A DNA stretch of 64,000 nucleotides from Clostridium sp. CAG:567 (GCA_000437855.1 FR902169.1:4810-68809); one strand, 5' to 3'; positions 46,748 through 57,676 are shown, counted from the first letter of the stretch. Made by a program: numbers and translations. Notes: generated from the letters alone by a model not told the origin.

Positions 46748-46898
46748 AGCACCACCTCCATTCTCACAACATAAAGTTGCGGATCAAAAGTGGCAACCAC
46801 ATCTGCAATTATTCTTATTTCCTATGTTAATACTATACTATAAATTCGACTAAATAACAGGTGAAAAGTCAAATTTTTCCTATTATTTTTGTATGATG

Positions 46899-47126
46899 TT
46901 ATAAATAAATATATGCTAGTCCAAATACAAAACTTTCTTTTTCTGTTTTATTCATTTCCATAACCTTTGATAATATAAAAACATCTATATTATATTCTAA
47001 AGTTACCATTCTATTTTTATTATAATTCTTATCAAAAACACATAAGAAATTCTTCAAAAGTTCAATCAAATTTTCTTTATCAATTTTCAATTTTATCATG
47101 TCACTTTCTAAAACAATTATAAACAA
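46899..47126 (-). CDS. Hypothetical 75-aa ORF (possibly a gene remnant)
   Basis: ORF only; no clear RBS or motif. Confidence 0.2.
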   Translation of the reverse strand: MFIIVLESDMIKLKIDKENLIELLKNFLCVFDKNYNKNRMVTLEYNIDVFILSKVMEMNKTEKESFVFGLAYIYL

Positions 47127-47353
47127 TTTTAATTTATTTTCTACGCTTAAAGTTTCAAAATATCTTACTAAAATTTTTACTTTTTCACTACTATTTTTTA
47201 ATAACAGTTTATCATTCCTATCATTATTTTATATAGGGCTTGGGACTTAGTTCCATGGTTTGAATTTTGACTAGGGAGGAAAAATTCAGTGCTTGTTAGA
47301 GTTCAAGTAGGAGTACAAAAATCATTTCAAACATAAATTTTTTCTGTCATTTT

Positions 47354-49048
<1,695 letters not shown>

Positions 49049-49108
49049 CTATTGGCACTTTTTAGAGTTTTATATTCTATATTAAAAACAATTCTAAAAA
49101 CTCTAAAA

Positions 49109-49414
49109 TTAATGCCTTGCTATGTATTCTTGTAGTTTAGATAAAGGATATTTAGTCCTTAAATCTCTCACATAAAAGTAATCATGTTCATTAAAGAATA
49201 AATATAAATTATTCTTAATAATTACTCTATGTGGCTCTACATACGCTAGATTTGTATGTTCTATAACTCTTAAACAACCTTCTAATATCATTTGGTGTTC
49301 AAGTTTTATAGCATTCAAACGGCAAGCCCATTCAATTTTAGAGAGTAAATCTCTGCTTATCTTGTTTTTCTTCTTTACAATACTTATCATATCACACCAT
49401 CCTTTCTTTTTCAA
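49109..49414 (-). CDS. Hypothetical protein upstream of the recombinase pseudogene
   Basis: 101-aa ORF, no motif recognised. Confidence 0.4.
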   Translation of the reverse strand: MKKKGWCDMISIVKKKNKISRDLLSKIEWACRLNAIKLEHQMILEGCLRVIEHTNLAYVEPHRVIIKNNLYLFFNEHDYFYVRDLRTKYPLSKLQEYIARH

Positions 49415-49425
49415 TAAAAGGCAAC

Positions 49426-49453
49426 AAAAAAATCAACCTTTTACAGTTGATTT
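49426..49453 (-). terminator. Present-day terminator of tRNA-Lys(CTT), supplied by the island
   Basis: Minus strand: aaatcaac-tgtaaaag-gttgattt followed by a T-run. Confidence 0.5.
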
Positions 49454-49485
49454 ATTGTTTTTCGTCTGGTGCGACGATTTAATCT

Positions 49486-49495
49486 TTTGGTGCGT
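49486..49495. repeat. tRNA-proximal copy of the 10-bp repeat
   Basis: TTTGGTGCGT, covering the CCA end and the last acceptor-stem bases of tRNA-Lys(CTT). Confidence 0.5.
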
Positions 49496-49563
49496 CATAG
49501 AGGAGTCGAACCTCCGACCATCAGATTAAGAGTCTGCTGCTCTACCAACTGAGCTAATGACGC
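49488..49563 (-). tRNA. tRNA-Lys (anticodon CTT)
   Basis: Minus strand: GCGTCAT-TA-GCTC...anticodon loop CTCTTAA...TTCGACT...ATGACGC-A-CCA. Confidence 0.9.
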
Positions 49564-49628
49564 GTATAATTAACTTTAAATATTATACGGCGTATTAGCC
49601 TATTTTGTCAATAGTTAGTTTATTTATT

Positions 49629-50474
49629 TTAGAATAATTTATTTGCAATTTCTGCAAATTGCTCTATAGTTAATTCCTCTCCTCGTATATTTTCATTTAT
49701 TTTTAAACTTTGTAATACCTCTTTTATTTTTTCTTTCGTTGTTATTCCTGAATTCGACAATCCATTTACTAATGTTTTTCTTCTTTGTGTAAAACTTGCT
49801 TTTATAATTTTGAAAAATAATTTTTCATCATTTAATTTAACAGGTGCTTCTTTTCTAATATTCAATCTTATAACTTCTGAATTAACCTTTGGTTCCGGAA
49901 CAAAAGATGTATTTGGAACTGTCAGCATTTCCTGTGCTTCTGAATAATAATATACACAGTATGTGATTGCCCCACTATTTTTTCCTCCTGGAATTTCTGT
50001 CAATCTGTCTGCTACTTCTTTTTGTATCATAACTGTTATACTATTTATATTTAATTTTTCTTCTAATAACTTCATTATTATTGGAGTAGTAATATAATAT
50101 GGTAAATTTGCTACAATTTTTACTGAATAATTGTTGTCATTTTCTTCTTTTATCAGGTTGTTTAAATCTACTTTTAGTACATCTTCATTTATCACTTTAA
50201 AATTTTTATATAACGCAAATCTATCATTTAAAATTTCCAACATTTTTTTATCAAGTTCTATTGCAATTACTTTACCCGCTTTTTCTACAAGTTTACTGGT
50301 TAATGTTCCTAATCCTGGCCCTATTTCTATTACAAAATCATTTTTTTCTATTTCTGCTGTTTTTATTATATTTTCTATTACATTATCATCAATTAAAAAG
50401 TTTTGTCCTAAGTTTTTATTTGCATTAATATTATATTTTTTCATTAAAAACTTAGTTTCTTCATAAATGTTCAT
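49629..50474 (-). CDS. rsmA: 16S rRNA (adenine1518/1519-N6)-dimethyltransferase
   Basis: NLGQNFLID and the SAM-binding EIGPGLGTLT motifs. 281 aa. Confidence 0.9.
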   Translation of the reverse strand: MNIYEETKFLMKKYNINANKNLGQNFLIDDNVIENIIKTAEIEKNDFVIEIGPGLGTLTSKLVEKAGKVIAIELDKKMLEILNDRFALYKNFKVINEDVLKVDLNNLIKEENDNNYSVKIVANLPYYITTPIIMKLLEEKLNINSITVMIQKEVADRLTEIPGGKNSGAITYCVYYYSEAQEMLTVPNTSFVPEPKVNSEVIRLNIRKEAPVKLNDEKLFFKIIKASFTQRRKTLVNGLSNSGITTKEKIKEVLQSLKINENIRGEELTIEQFAEIANKLF

Positions 50475-50568
50475 ATTTTTCCCCTATTTTTATAATTTAT
50501 ATATTATAGTATATAAGCCCAACCATTAAAAGTCAATAAAAGCACTAGTATTTCTAGTGCTTTTATTT

Positions 50569-52401
50569 CTATTCAGTAGTATTGTTTTCAGTTTTCTCAT
50601 TATTAACTGTTGTATTTGTTTCTGTATTTGTTGAAGGCTCTGGTGTTGGTGTAGGTGTTACTGGTGCAGTTGCTTTTTTTGTTCCTTTTCTCACAATTTT
50701 ATTTCTAGAATTATAAGTATCTTTTGAAAGCAATGTCCTTGAAATTACTTTTCCATTTTGTTTTACTATTTTATATCCTTCACTTCTACATCCAGTAATT
50801 GCTGTTTGTTCTACAACTTCTTTTCCTTCTTCTAATGTTTGATCCTCTTTATATATTGTCGTTGGATTAATATATGATGTTACTTTTGATTGTATAATTA
50901 CTTCATATTCATTTTCTTCTTTTATACCATATACTGAAACTTTACATACTCCACCACTTGCTGATGCAACTAACTTTATAGGATATTTTCTTGTATTTTT
51001 AAATATAAAGTCTAGACTTCCATAATAAACTGTTGCATCTCTACTTGGTGCTACATATCCAGTTGTAAACATGTGGTTACTTCTTTCTACAATTTTTAAG
51101 TTTGCAAGTAATGCTGTATTATATATTGTTGATGATACTTGGCAAACTCCTCCACCAACATCTGGCACAACTTTTCCACCAATATATGCAGTTCCTTCTT
51201 TAAAGCCTGCTTCAATTGTTCTTGAACCTACTACAGTATTGAATGAGAAGTTTTCACCAGGCATAATTACTGTTCCATTTACTTTTTGGGCTGCTAATTT
51301 TATATTTACATTTCTGTTATAATTGCTTGCATCAAATCTAGTAGAAAAAGTCGAAATTAAATCTGGAAAAGCTTTTTCTCCTAGGTCTTTAATTGTCTTT
51401 TTAGCTTTTGTTATTTTTAATGGTATTTCATATTCTTTTTTATCTTGTTGTAGTAATTTTTCAGCTTCCTCTATAGAAATTTTGAAATCAACACCATCAA
51501 CTTCTGCATGTACTACCGTAGGGTTTAACTCTATATATGCATCTTTTGGTTCTTTATATATTTCATCACGTATTTTTTGTAAATCAACTGGATCTGGTTC
51601 TTTATATTCTACAGGTATTTCTATTTCTTGATAATTTGTATGAATATTACTTAATTGATCTCGTATTTTTTGTTTTAATTCTTCTGTTTTAATAGTGTAA
51701 CCTGCTTTTCCCTTTACTAATATTAATTTTTGTTTTTCAATATAATAGCTGTTTTCTACAACTGCATCTTTTAATTTTGAATTTATATCCTTAATAGTAT
51801 TTGATAATAAATCTTCATCTAAATATAATGTTGGTTTTATTTCTTTTTTTAATAACTCTGTAATTAATATTTCATAATTATTAGATATAATATTTCCTTT
51901 TCTTCCGATGTTGTATGCTTCATTAATAGCGCTATCAGTATCAAATTTTGCATTAAATGTATTAGCTGTTACATTAGTCTCATTATCTTCTCTTTTTAAA
52001 ATTAGACTACTGTTTTCTTCTTTAAATCTTTCATCTATTGCATTATTTACTTTTGTTGTAGCTTCTTCTATTGTTAAATTAGATACATCAATACCAAGAA
52101 TTGTTATTCCTTTTAATATTTTATCATTACTCATATTTAACAATGCAAAAATAATAGAAAATATCATAACAGCTAAAACAATAATTAATGAAATAATTAT
52201 AGCTTTTACTTTTTTGGGATTATTTTTTTCTACATGTTTTACCTTTTTATATTCTGTTTTTTCTTCTTGTTTAATTTCTTCTTTCACAGGCTCTTTTTTC
52301 ACTTCTTCAGAACTATTTTCTTCTTTGGTTTCTTCAATATTTTCATGAATTTTTTCTTCATTTACTTCGTCTTGATTATTTAGATTTTCGTGTTCTTCCA
52401 T
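50569..52401 (-). CDS. VanW-family protein (YoaR-like; TM anchor, VanW domain, Thr/Pro-rich tail)
   Basis: VanW core ...GGGVCQVSSTIYNTALLANL... The start is set at ATG 52401 (MEEHENL, GGGGAA RBS). C-terminal TPTPTPEPS linker. Confidence 0.8.
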   Translation of the reverse strand: MEEHENLNNQDEVNEEKIHENIEETKEENSSEEVKKEPVKEEIKQEEKTEYKKVKHVEKNNPKKVKAIIISLIIVLAVMIFSIIFALLNMSNDKILKGITILGIDVSNLTIEEATTKVNNAIDERFKEENSSLILKREDNETNVTANTFNAKFDTDSAINEAYNIGRKGNIISNNYEILITELLKKEIKPTLYLDEDLLSNTIKDINSKLKDAVVENSYYIEKQKLILVKGKAGYTIKTEELKQKIRDQLSNIHTNYQEIEIPVEYKEPDPVDLQKIRDEIYKEPKDAYIELNPTVVHAEVDGVDFKISIEEAEKLLQQDKKEYEIPLKITKAKKTIKDLGEKAFPDLISTFSTRFDASNYNRNVNIKLAAQKVNGTVIMPGENFSFNTVVGSRTIEAGFKEGTAYIGGKVVPDVGGGVCQVSSTIYNTALLANLKIVERSNHMFTTGYVAPSRDATVYYGSLDFIFKNTRKYPIKLVASASGGVCKVSVYGIKEENEYEVIIQSKVTSYINPTTIYKEDQTLEEGKEVVEQTAITGCRSEGYKIVKQNGKVISRTLLSKDTYNSRNKIVRKGTKKATAPVTPTPTPEPSTNTETNTTVNNEKTENNTTE

Positions 52402-52589
52402 GACTTTTCCCCTTTTATATAAAGTATATAATTTTGTATAAAATAATATTACCACAACCATATATTTTTTACAATAAAAATCTGTTTATATTTTGTCAAA
52501 ATTTACAATTTTTTCTGTTTTTATACTAGACAAGTTTTTCTTTTTCTTATATAATACTCGTAGAAAATATTGTAAAAAGAGGTATTATT

Positions 52590-53168
52590 ATGCTAGGTCA
52601 GATGATTGCATATATTCGAAAAGAAAAAAAGCTTACAAAGGCAGGCATTGCTAGAGGAACAAACATTAATACAGGTCATTTAACACATATTGAAAAAGGT
52701 GAAAGAAATCCTAGTCATAAAGTATTAAAAAATATGTGTAAAACAATGGGAATTCCTTATCGTCCTTTGATGTATACTTATGATAAAGAACTTACTGAAG
52801 AACAACTAGCTTATAAAGTTGTTACTCATATACCTTATGATAAAATACCTACTTTTGATTTATTAGGCGGTTTAATAGATTGCCCAACTACAGTTTCAGG
52901 AGCTTCTATTGCTGTAAAAATAAATGATACATCAATGGAACCAAAATTAAAAAAAGACACTTATGCATATATAGAATTTAATACCCCACTTGATAATAGA
53001 GATATTGGATTATTTAGTTATAATAATAAACTTTTAATTCGTAAATTTATTATTCGTAAAGATGGAGTAGTTTTAAGAGCTGAAGATAAAGAAATTCCTG
53101 ATATATGTTTAGATCCAAAAGAAGAATTTTATATTGTTGGCAAAGTAGTAGGTTCTACTTCAAATTAA
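52590..53168 (+). CDS. XRE-family HTH / S24 (LexA-like) peptidase-domain repressor
   Basis: N-terminal HTH (LTKAGIARGTNINTGHLTHIEKGERNPS). C-terminal S24 fold with NDTSMEP (Ser) and LLIRKF (Lys). Confidence 0.8.
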   Translation: MLGQMIAYIRKEKKLTKAGIARGTNINTGHLTHIEKGERNPSHKVLKNMCKTMGIPYRPLMYTYDKELTEEQLAYKVVTHIPYDKIPTFDLLGGLIDCPTTVSGASIAVKINDTSMEPKLKKDTYAYIEFNTPLDNRDIGLFSYNNKLLIRKFIIRKDGVVLRAEDKEIPDICLDPKEEFYIVGKVVGSTSN

Positions 53169-53253
53169 AAATTTTGTCAAAAATACTTGAATTATATTTT
53201 TTTATATTATAATATTAAATTAGTTAACAAGAGATAAATAAGGAGAATTTTAA

Positions 53254-53712
53254 ATGGAATTAGTTAAAAATATTTTCTTTAATACAGATAAATTAGTTGA
53301 AAACTCAAAAGTGAAGATTTCTTATGCTGGAAAACTTTTTCAGAATGGTTCAGAAGAAGTTTATATTCACTATGGTTTTGGTCTTAATTGGGATAATTTA
53401 GGAGAAATTAAAATGGAAAAAACTGAACTTGGTTTTCAAGCAGAAGTTGAATTAATTTCAAGTGACAGTTTTAATTTCTGTTTTAGAAATTCTAATAATG
53501 AGTGGGATAATAACAATGGAGAAAATTATATTTTCCCTATTGAAAAAGTAGAACTTGCTCTAGTAGTAAAAGAAAAAACATCTTTGACAGCTCCTAGAAA
53601 ATTAAGAAAATCATACATCTGGAGTAAAAAAGTACGTTTAGCAGTTTATAAAATAATCACTTATTTGCCAAAATTAATTTCTGGAAATTATAAAAGAAAA
53701 GTTTCAGAATAA
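53254..53712 (+). CDS. Small carbohydrate-binding-module-like protein (CBM25/53-like)
   Basis: VYIHYGFGLNWDN...NNEWDNNNGENYIF resembles starch-binding CBM motifs. Confidence 0.45.
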   Translation: MELVKNIFFNTDKLVENSKVKISYAGKLFQNGSEEVYIHYGFGLNWDNLGEIKMEKTELGFQAEVELISSDSFNFCFRNSNNEWDNNNGENYIFPIEKVELALVVKEKTSLTAPRKLRKSYIWSKKVRLAVYKIITYLPKLISGNYKRKVSE

Positions 53713-53794
53713 ATATTGAAAATATTTACCAAAAGTTTTTTCATATATATTTTTTCTTTAAAAAAGAGAACTATTTAAATAGTTCTCTTTTTTG

Positions 53795-54550
53795 TTATAT
53801 ATACCATCCTCCATTTATTGATATTATTTGTCCTGTGGTATATTCGTCTTCTACAAGCCATTTCACACATCTAGCAATATCTTTTGTATTTCCTATTCTG
53901 TTTAAAGGAATCTGCTCTTTTATTTGTTCTAATTCTTCATAACTAAGTCTGCTATTCATATCAGTATTAATAATACCAGGCGCAATTGCATTTACTCGTA
54001 TATTAGATAATCCAACCTCTTTTGCCAAAGCCTTAGTCATTCCATTTATTGCAGCTTTTGTTGTTGAATATGCAACTTCACATGAAGCTCCAGTTTCACC
54101 CCAAATAGATGAAATATTAATAATACGTCCACTTTTTTCTTTTATCATATACTTTAATACTTCTTGTGTACAATTAAAAACAGAATTTAAGTTAACATTT
54201 ATTATCTTCTGCCACATTTCTTCTGAAACATCTGTAAATAATCCCTCAAGAGATATTCCCGCATTGTTTACTAATATATCAATTTTTTTGAATTTTTTTA
54301 TTGCAAATTCAATTAAACTATTTACTTCATTTCTATTTGATACATCTGCTTTTACTACTTCAATATTAAAACCTTTTTGTAACATTTCATTTTTTAGTTC
54401 TTCAGCTTGCACTTTAGAATTATTGTAATTTAAAATAACTATGTAACCATTTTCTGCTAATGTTCTTACAATTTCTGCACCAATTCCTTTTGCTCCTCCT
54501 GTTACTATAGCTACTTTTGAATTTGTATCTATTTTTTCATTTTCTTTCAT
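53795..54550 (-). CDS. SDR-family oxidoreductase (3-oxoacyl-ACP reductase FabG-like)
   Basis: TGGAKGIG, NNAG and YSTTK (YxxxK) motifs. Confidence 0.85.
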   Translation of the reverse strand: MKENEKIDTNSKVAIVTGGAKGIGAEIVRTLAENGYIVILNYNNSKVQAEELKNEMLQKGFNIEVVKADVSNRNEVNSLIEFAIKKFKKIDILVNNAGISLEGLFTDVSEEMWQKIINVNLNSVFNCTQEVLKYMIKEKSGRIINISSIWGETGASCEVAYSTTKAAINGMTKALAKEVGLSNIRVNAIAPGIINTDMNSRLSYEELEQIKEQIPLNRIGNTKDIARCVKWLVEDEYTTGQIISINGGWYI

Positions 54551-54682
54551 ATTTTATAATTCTCCTTTATAACTTATATAAAAAATGTCCTGACAAATAT
54601 GCACAGTTCAATGTAACTTACTCTTATTGTATATAAAGCAAAGAACTAGGCAAGTTGTACAACAAACCTAGTTCTAAGTAAT

Positions 54683-54758
<76 letters not shown>

Positions 54759-54762
54759 ATAT

Positions 54763-54837
54763 TGGTGACCCCGACGGGAATCGAACCCATGTCTCCGCCG
54801 TGAAAGGGCGATGTCTTAACCGCTTGACCACGGGGCC
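54763..54837 (-). tRNA. tRNA-Glu (anticodon TTC)
   Basis: GGCCCCG acceptor, D-arm GTCAAGCGGTTAAGAC, anticodon loop CTTTCAC, TTCGATT, CCA. Confidence 0.9.
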
Positions 54838-54883
54838 ATAAAAAGAAACTTGCTAGGATTTAATTTTAATTAAATCCTAGTTT

Positions 54884-54959
54884 TGGTGAGCCATCGCGGA
54901 CTCGAACCGCGGACAACTTGATTAAAAGTCAAGTGCTCTACCACCTGAGCTAATGACCC
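54884..54959 (-). tRNA. tRNA-Lys (anticodon TTT)
   Basis: GGGTCAT acceptor, anticodon loop CTTTTAA, TTCGAGT, CCA. Confidence 0.9.
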
Positions 54960-54965
54960 AAGTTC

Positions 54966-55038
54966 CAAGCTCGTTACCAACGTTTGTTTTACGTTAGCAC
55001 AAGCTCGTTACCAACGTTTGTTTTACGTTAGCACAAGC
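54966..55038. repeat. Tandem 34-bp repeat (2.1 copies) in the leader of the tRNA operon
   Basis: caagctcgttaccaacgtttgttttacgttagca at 54966-54999 and 55000-55033, then caagc. Each unit contains AACGT-7 nt-ACGTT. Confidence 0.9.
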
Positions 55039-55041
55039 CTT

Positions 55042-55070
55042 ATTTTAAACTATTTTTTTTAATTTGTCAA
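55042..55070 (-). promoter_or_regulatory. Promoter of the tRNA-Lys/Glu/Thr operon
   Basis: Minus strand: TTGACA (55070-55065), 17 nt, TAAAAT (55047-55042). Confidence 0.6.
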
Positions 55071-55117
55071 TAGATTTTTCATTTTTTGTGAAAAAAATGT
55101 AATTTTTTTTTGAAAAT

Positions 55118-55303
55118 TTATGAATTTAGCTTTTTTATTATCTCTTCTACATCTATTCCATGTACTTCACAAGCCTCTTCTATGGTCTCTGCTTGTGATG
55201 CTGGACATCCTAAACAATGCATTCCTGCTTCTAATAAAATTTCTGCTTTTTCAGGAGCTTTTTCCAAAAGTTCTCCTATTGTCATTTTTTTATCTATTTG
55301 CAT
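55118..55303 (-). CDS. DUF1858-domain protein (hybrid-cluster-protein-associated redox disulfide protein type)
   Basis: MTIGELLEKAPEKAEILLEAGMHCLGCPASQAETIEEA is the family signature (CxGC). Confidence 0.75.
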   Translation of the reverse strand: MQIDKKMTIGELLEKAPEKAEILLEAGMHCLGCPASQAETIEEACEVHGIDVEEIIKKLNS

Positions 55304-55595
55304 AGGTATTCTCCCTTCTAAAATTAATATTATTAAATATATTAAATTTTATCATATATTTTAAAAAAAGTATAGACAAATTAAAAAATATATTATATGA
55401 TTGTAAAAAATTGGAAGGTGGTGTGTTTTTTATAAATTTAGTAGATTTTTTCTTTATTATTCTTATTATCAATTCTTTTGTATTTTTTTATTCAATTTAT
55501 AACTTTTTTAATATCAAAATTTTTTATAATCTACAAGGTTCTAAATTAAAATTAAAATCAATTAATTTAAAATAGTTTTTAGGAGGTGTTTATGA

Positions 55596-57302
55596 ATTAA
55601 ACGTATTTTATTCATTCTATTTTTTACATTTATTTTATATTTTATTGGTTTTCAAATCTTTTCTCCACTCTATTTTCAAAACCATGTAATTATCACTTAT
55701 GGGTTACACCCTTTTGACATCTGTATTGAACAACCAATTTTGTGGAAATATCTTAAAATATTATTTTTAATCACCTATTTATATTCTTCGATTTTCTTTT
55801 CCAATTTATTATACAACTTATTTAATTTTAAAAAATTTAAACGAACTAAGAAAAACAATTTCAAACCATCTTTAACAAATTTAAATAAAAAAGAGGATTT
55901 GTCATTATTAATTGGCGAAAATGCAAATACAAGAGAATTGATTTATTTGCCTGAAAAAAGTTTATATCAAAACATTTTAATTACAGGAACAATTGGTACT
56001 GGAAAAACCAGCAGTGCCATGTACCCATTTACTAAACAATTAATAAAATATAAAAATTGCAATAAAGAAAAAAAATTAGGAATGTTGATTTTGGATGTTA
56101 AGGGTAATTATTATAAAAAAGTATTAGAATTTGCTTCTGATTTTAATAGATTAGATGATATTATTGTTATTGAATTAAATGGTAATTATAAATATAATCC
56201 TCTACATAAACCTAATTTAAAACCATCAGTCATAGCTAATAGATTAAAGACTATCTTATTACTTTTTTCAAAAAATAATTCAGAAAGTTATTGGATTGAT
56301 AAAGCAAGTCAAATTTTAGAAGAAGCAATTAAATTGTGCAGATTATACAATAATAATTATGTTACATTTATTGAATTGCATAAATTAATTACGGAAAAAA
56401 ATTATTACTTGGAAAAAGTTGGCTTATTACGCAAAAAATTTATAAAAAATAAATTTTCTAAAAAACAAGTTTATGATTTATTTTCTAGTTTAAATTTTTT
56501 TGAAAATGAGTATTTTAATTTAGATCATAGAACTAGTTTGATTTTACAGTCTGAAATAACCCGTATTACTAATTGTTTTATTTCTGATTATGATGTTTTA
56601 AAAACATTTTGTCCAACAAAAGAAGAGCTTAATTTTTTGGGTTTTGATGAAGTTATTAATAATGGAAAAATTGTTGTCTTGAATATGAATATAAATGAAT
56701 ATTCTTACCTATCTAAAATAATTGCAGCATATTTAAAATTAGATTTTCAAACAGATGTAATGACCCGACTTGCTAATACAAGTAATAACAATTTTAGGAG
56801 TGTATGTTTTATTTCTGATGAATATTCTGAATATTGTACTGAAACTGATTGTAACTTTTTTTCTCAAAGTAGAGAAGCAAAATGCATTAATATTGTTGCT
56901 ACTCAAAGTTATACTTCATTATTAAATACTTTACATGATCAGTCGTCTGTAAATGTTATTATTCAAAATTTAATAAATAAACTCTGGTTTCGAAATGATG
57001 ATATTTTTACAATTGAAAATGCTCAAAAACAAATTGGTAAAGAAGATAAAGAAAAAGTCTCCAGAGGAATTTCTGAAAATGCTAAAGAAACTGTTTTTAG
57101 TTATTTTACTAATTCCCTGAATTCAAAAAATTCAAGTATTTCAGAATCTATTACAACTAACATTCAAAATGAATATATTTATGATACAAATTTTTTTACT
57201 CGCAATTTAACTAATTTTCATTGTTTAGGATTTTTATCAACAGGTTCTGAAATAATTCCACCTACTGAAATAAAATTGTATCCATATTTTTATATAAAAT
57301 AA
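55596..57302 (+). CDS. TraD/TrwB/VirD4-like type IV coupling protein (T4CP-like ATPase); start uncertain
   Basis: Walker A GTIGTGKTSS, LILDVKGNYY, Walker-B-like VCFISDEY, then REAKCINIVATQSYTSL. The frame is open from 55596. An AGGAGGTG RBS at 55581-55588 serves an ATG (55592) that is out of frame (ATG AAT TAA). The track's TTG start (55740) has no RBS. The extension adds the first of two N-terminal TM helices; the second lies in the track ORF. Confidence 0.65.
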   Translation: MKRILFILFFTFILYFIGFQIFSPLYFQNHVIITYGLHPFDICIEQPILWKYLKILFLITYLYSSIFFSNLLYNLFNFKKFKRTKKNNFKPSLTNLNKKEDLSLLIGENANTRELIYLPEKSLYQNILITGTIGTGKTSSAMYPFTKQLIKYKNCNKEKKLGMLILDVKGNYYKKVLEFASDFNRLDDIIVIELNGNYKYNPLHKPNLKPSVIANRLKTILLLFSKNNSESYWIDKASQILEEAIKLCRLYNNNYVTFIELHKLITEKNYYLEKVGLLRKKFIKNKFSKKQVYDLFSSLNFFENEYFNLDHRTSLILQSEITRITNCFISDYDVLKTFCPTKEELNFLGFDEVINNGKIVVLNMNINEYSYLSKIIAAYLKLDFQTDVMTRLANTSNNNFRSVCFISDEYSEYCTETDCNFFSQSREAKCINIVATQSYTSLLNTLHDQSSVNVIIQNLINKLWFRNDDIFTIENAQKQIGKEDKEKVSRGISENAKETVFSYFTNSLNSKNSSISESITTNIQNEYIYDTNFFTRNLTNFHCLGFLSTGSEIIPPTEIKLYPYFYIK

Positions 57303-57319
57303 TTTATTAGGAGGATTTT

Positions 57320-57664
57320 ATGTTTAAAATTTTAAATCGAAAAAAACTTATATCTATTTTATTTTTATTTATATTTATTTTCACTTTTTCCAATAATGTA
57401 TATGCAACTATATTTAATGGTAACCCTGAAATTGTTGATAAATTAAATTCTGCTTTTGAAAAAATCAAAAATTGGATGTTAAAACTTGCTACACCTTCTG
57501 CAGCTGTCGCTATTGCCGTCGGTATTTTTATGAAAAAATTTAGTTTCGGAGATGAAGAAAGAATTAGAACTTCCAAAAAGTTAATACGTGGTAGCTTATT
57601 TTCTTACGCATTTATTCTTGCTTTAGATTTAATTTTATCGGCAATTAATTCGTTATTAACTTAG
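57320..57664 (+). CDS. TrbC/VirB2-like pilin-type small membrane protein
   Basis: 114 aa. Signal peptide ending NNVYA|T, then two hydrophobic helices (ATPSAAVAIAVGIFM / LFSYAFILALDLILSAI) separated by a basic loop. Confidence 0.5.
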   Translation: MFKILNRKKLISILFLFIFIFTFSNNVYATIFNGNPEIVDKLNSAFEKIKNWMLKLATPSAAVAIAVGIFMKKFSFGDEERIRTSKKLIRGSLFSYAFILALDLILSAINSLLT

Positions 57665-57676
57665 GAGGTACATGTT

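Noticed and set aside
46623-46853. 76-aa plus-strand ORF
   Set aside because: It starts inside the bidirectional terminator, has no RBS, and is antisense to the much better supported 36-aa peptide gene (GGAGG, 7 nt, ATG).
47127-47353. Slightly G/C-richer non-coding patch (..gggcttgggacttagttccatgg..gactagggagg..) next to the recombinase pseudogene
   Set aside because: There is no convincing ORF, promoter/terminator pair or stem structure. It is most simply degraded coding sequence from the decayed island.
49466-49475. Third partial copy of the tRNA-Lys 3' end (ctggtgcgac), 20 nt from the tRNA
   Set aside because: Only 7 nt (TGGTGCG) match, which is too short to interpret. It could be a secondary att scar or chance.
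55110-55364. Two plus-strand ORFs (55110-55364 and 55120-55305) opposite the DUF1858 gene
   Set aside because: The minus-strand product carries the clear DUF1858 CxGC signature. The plus-strand products have no motif.
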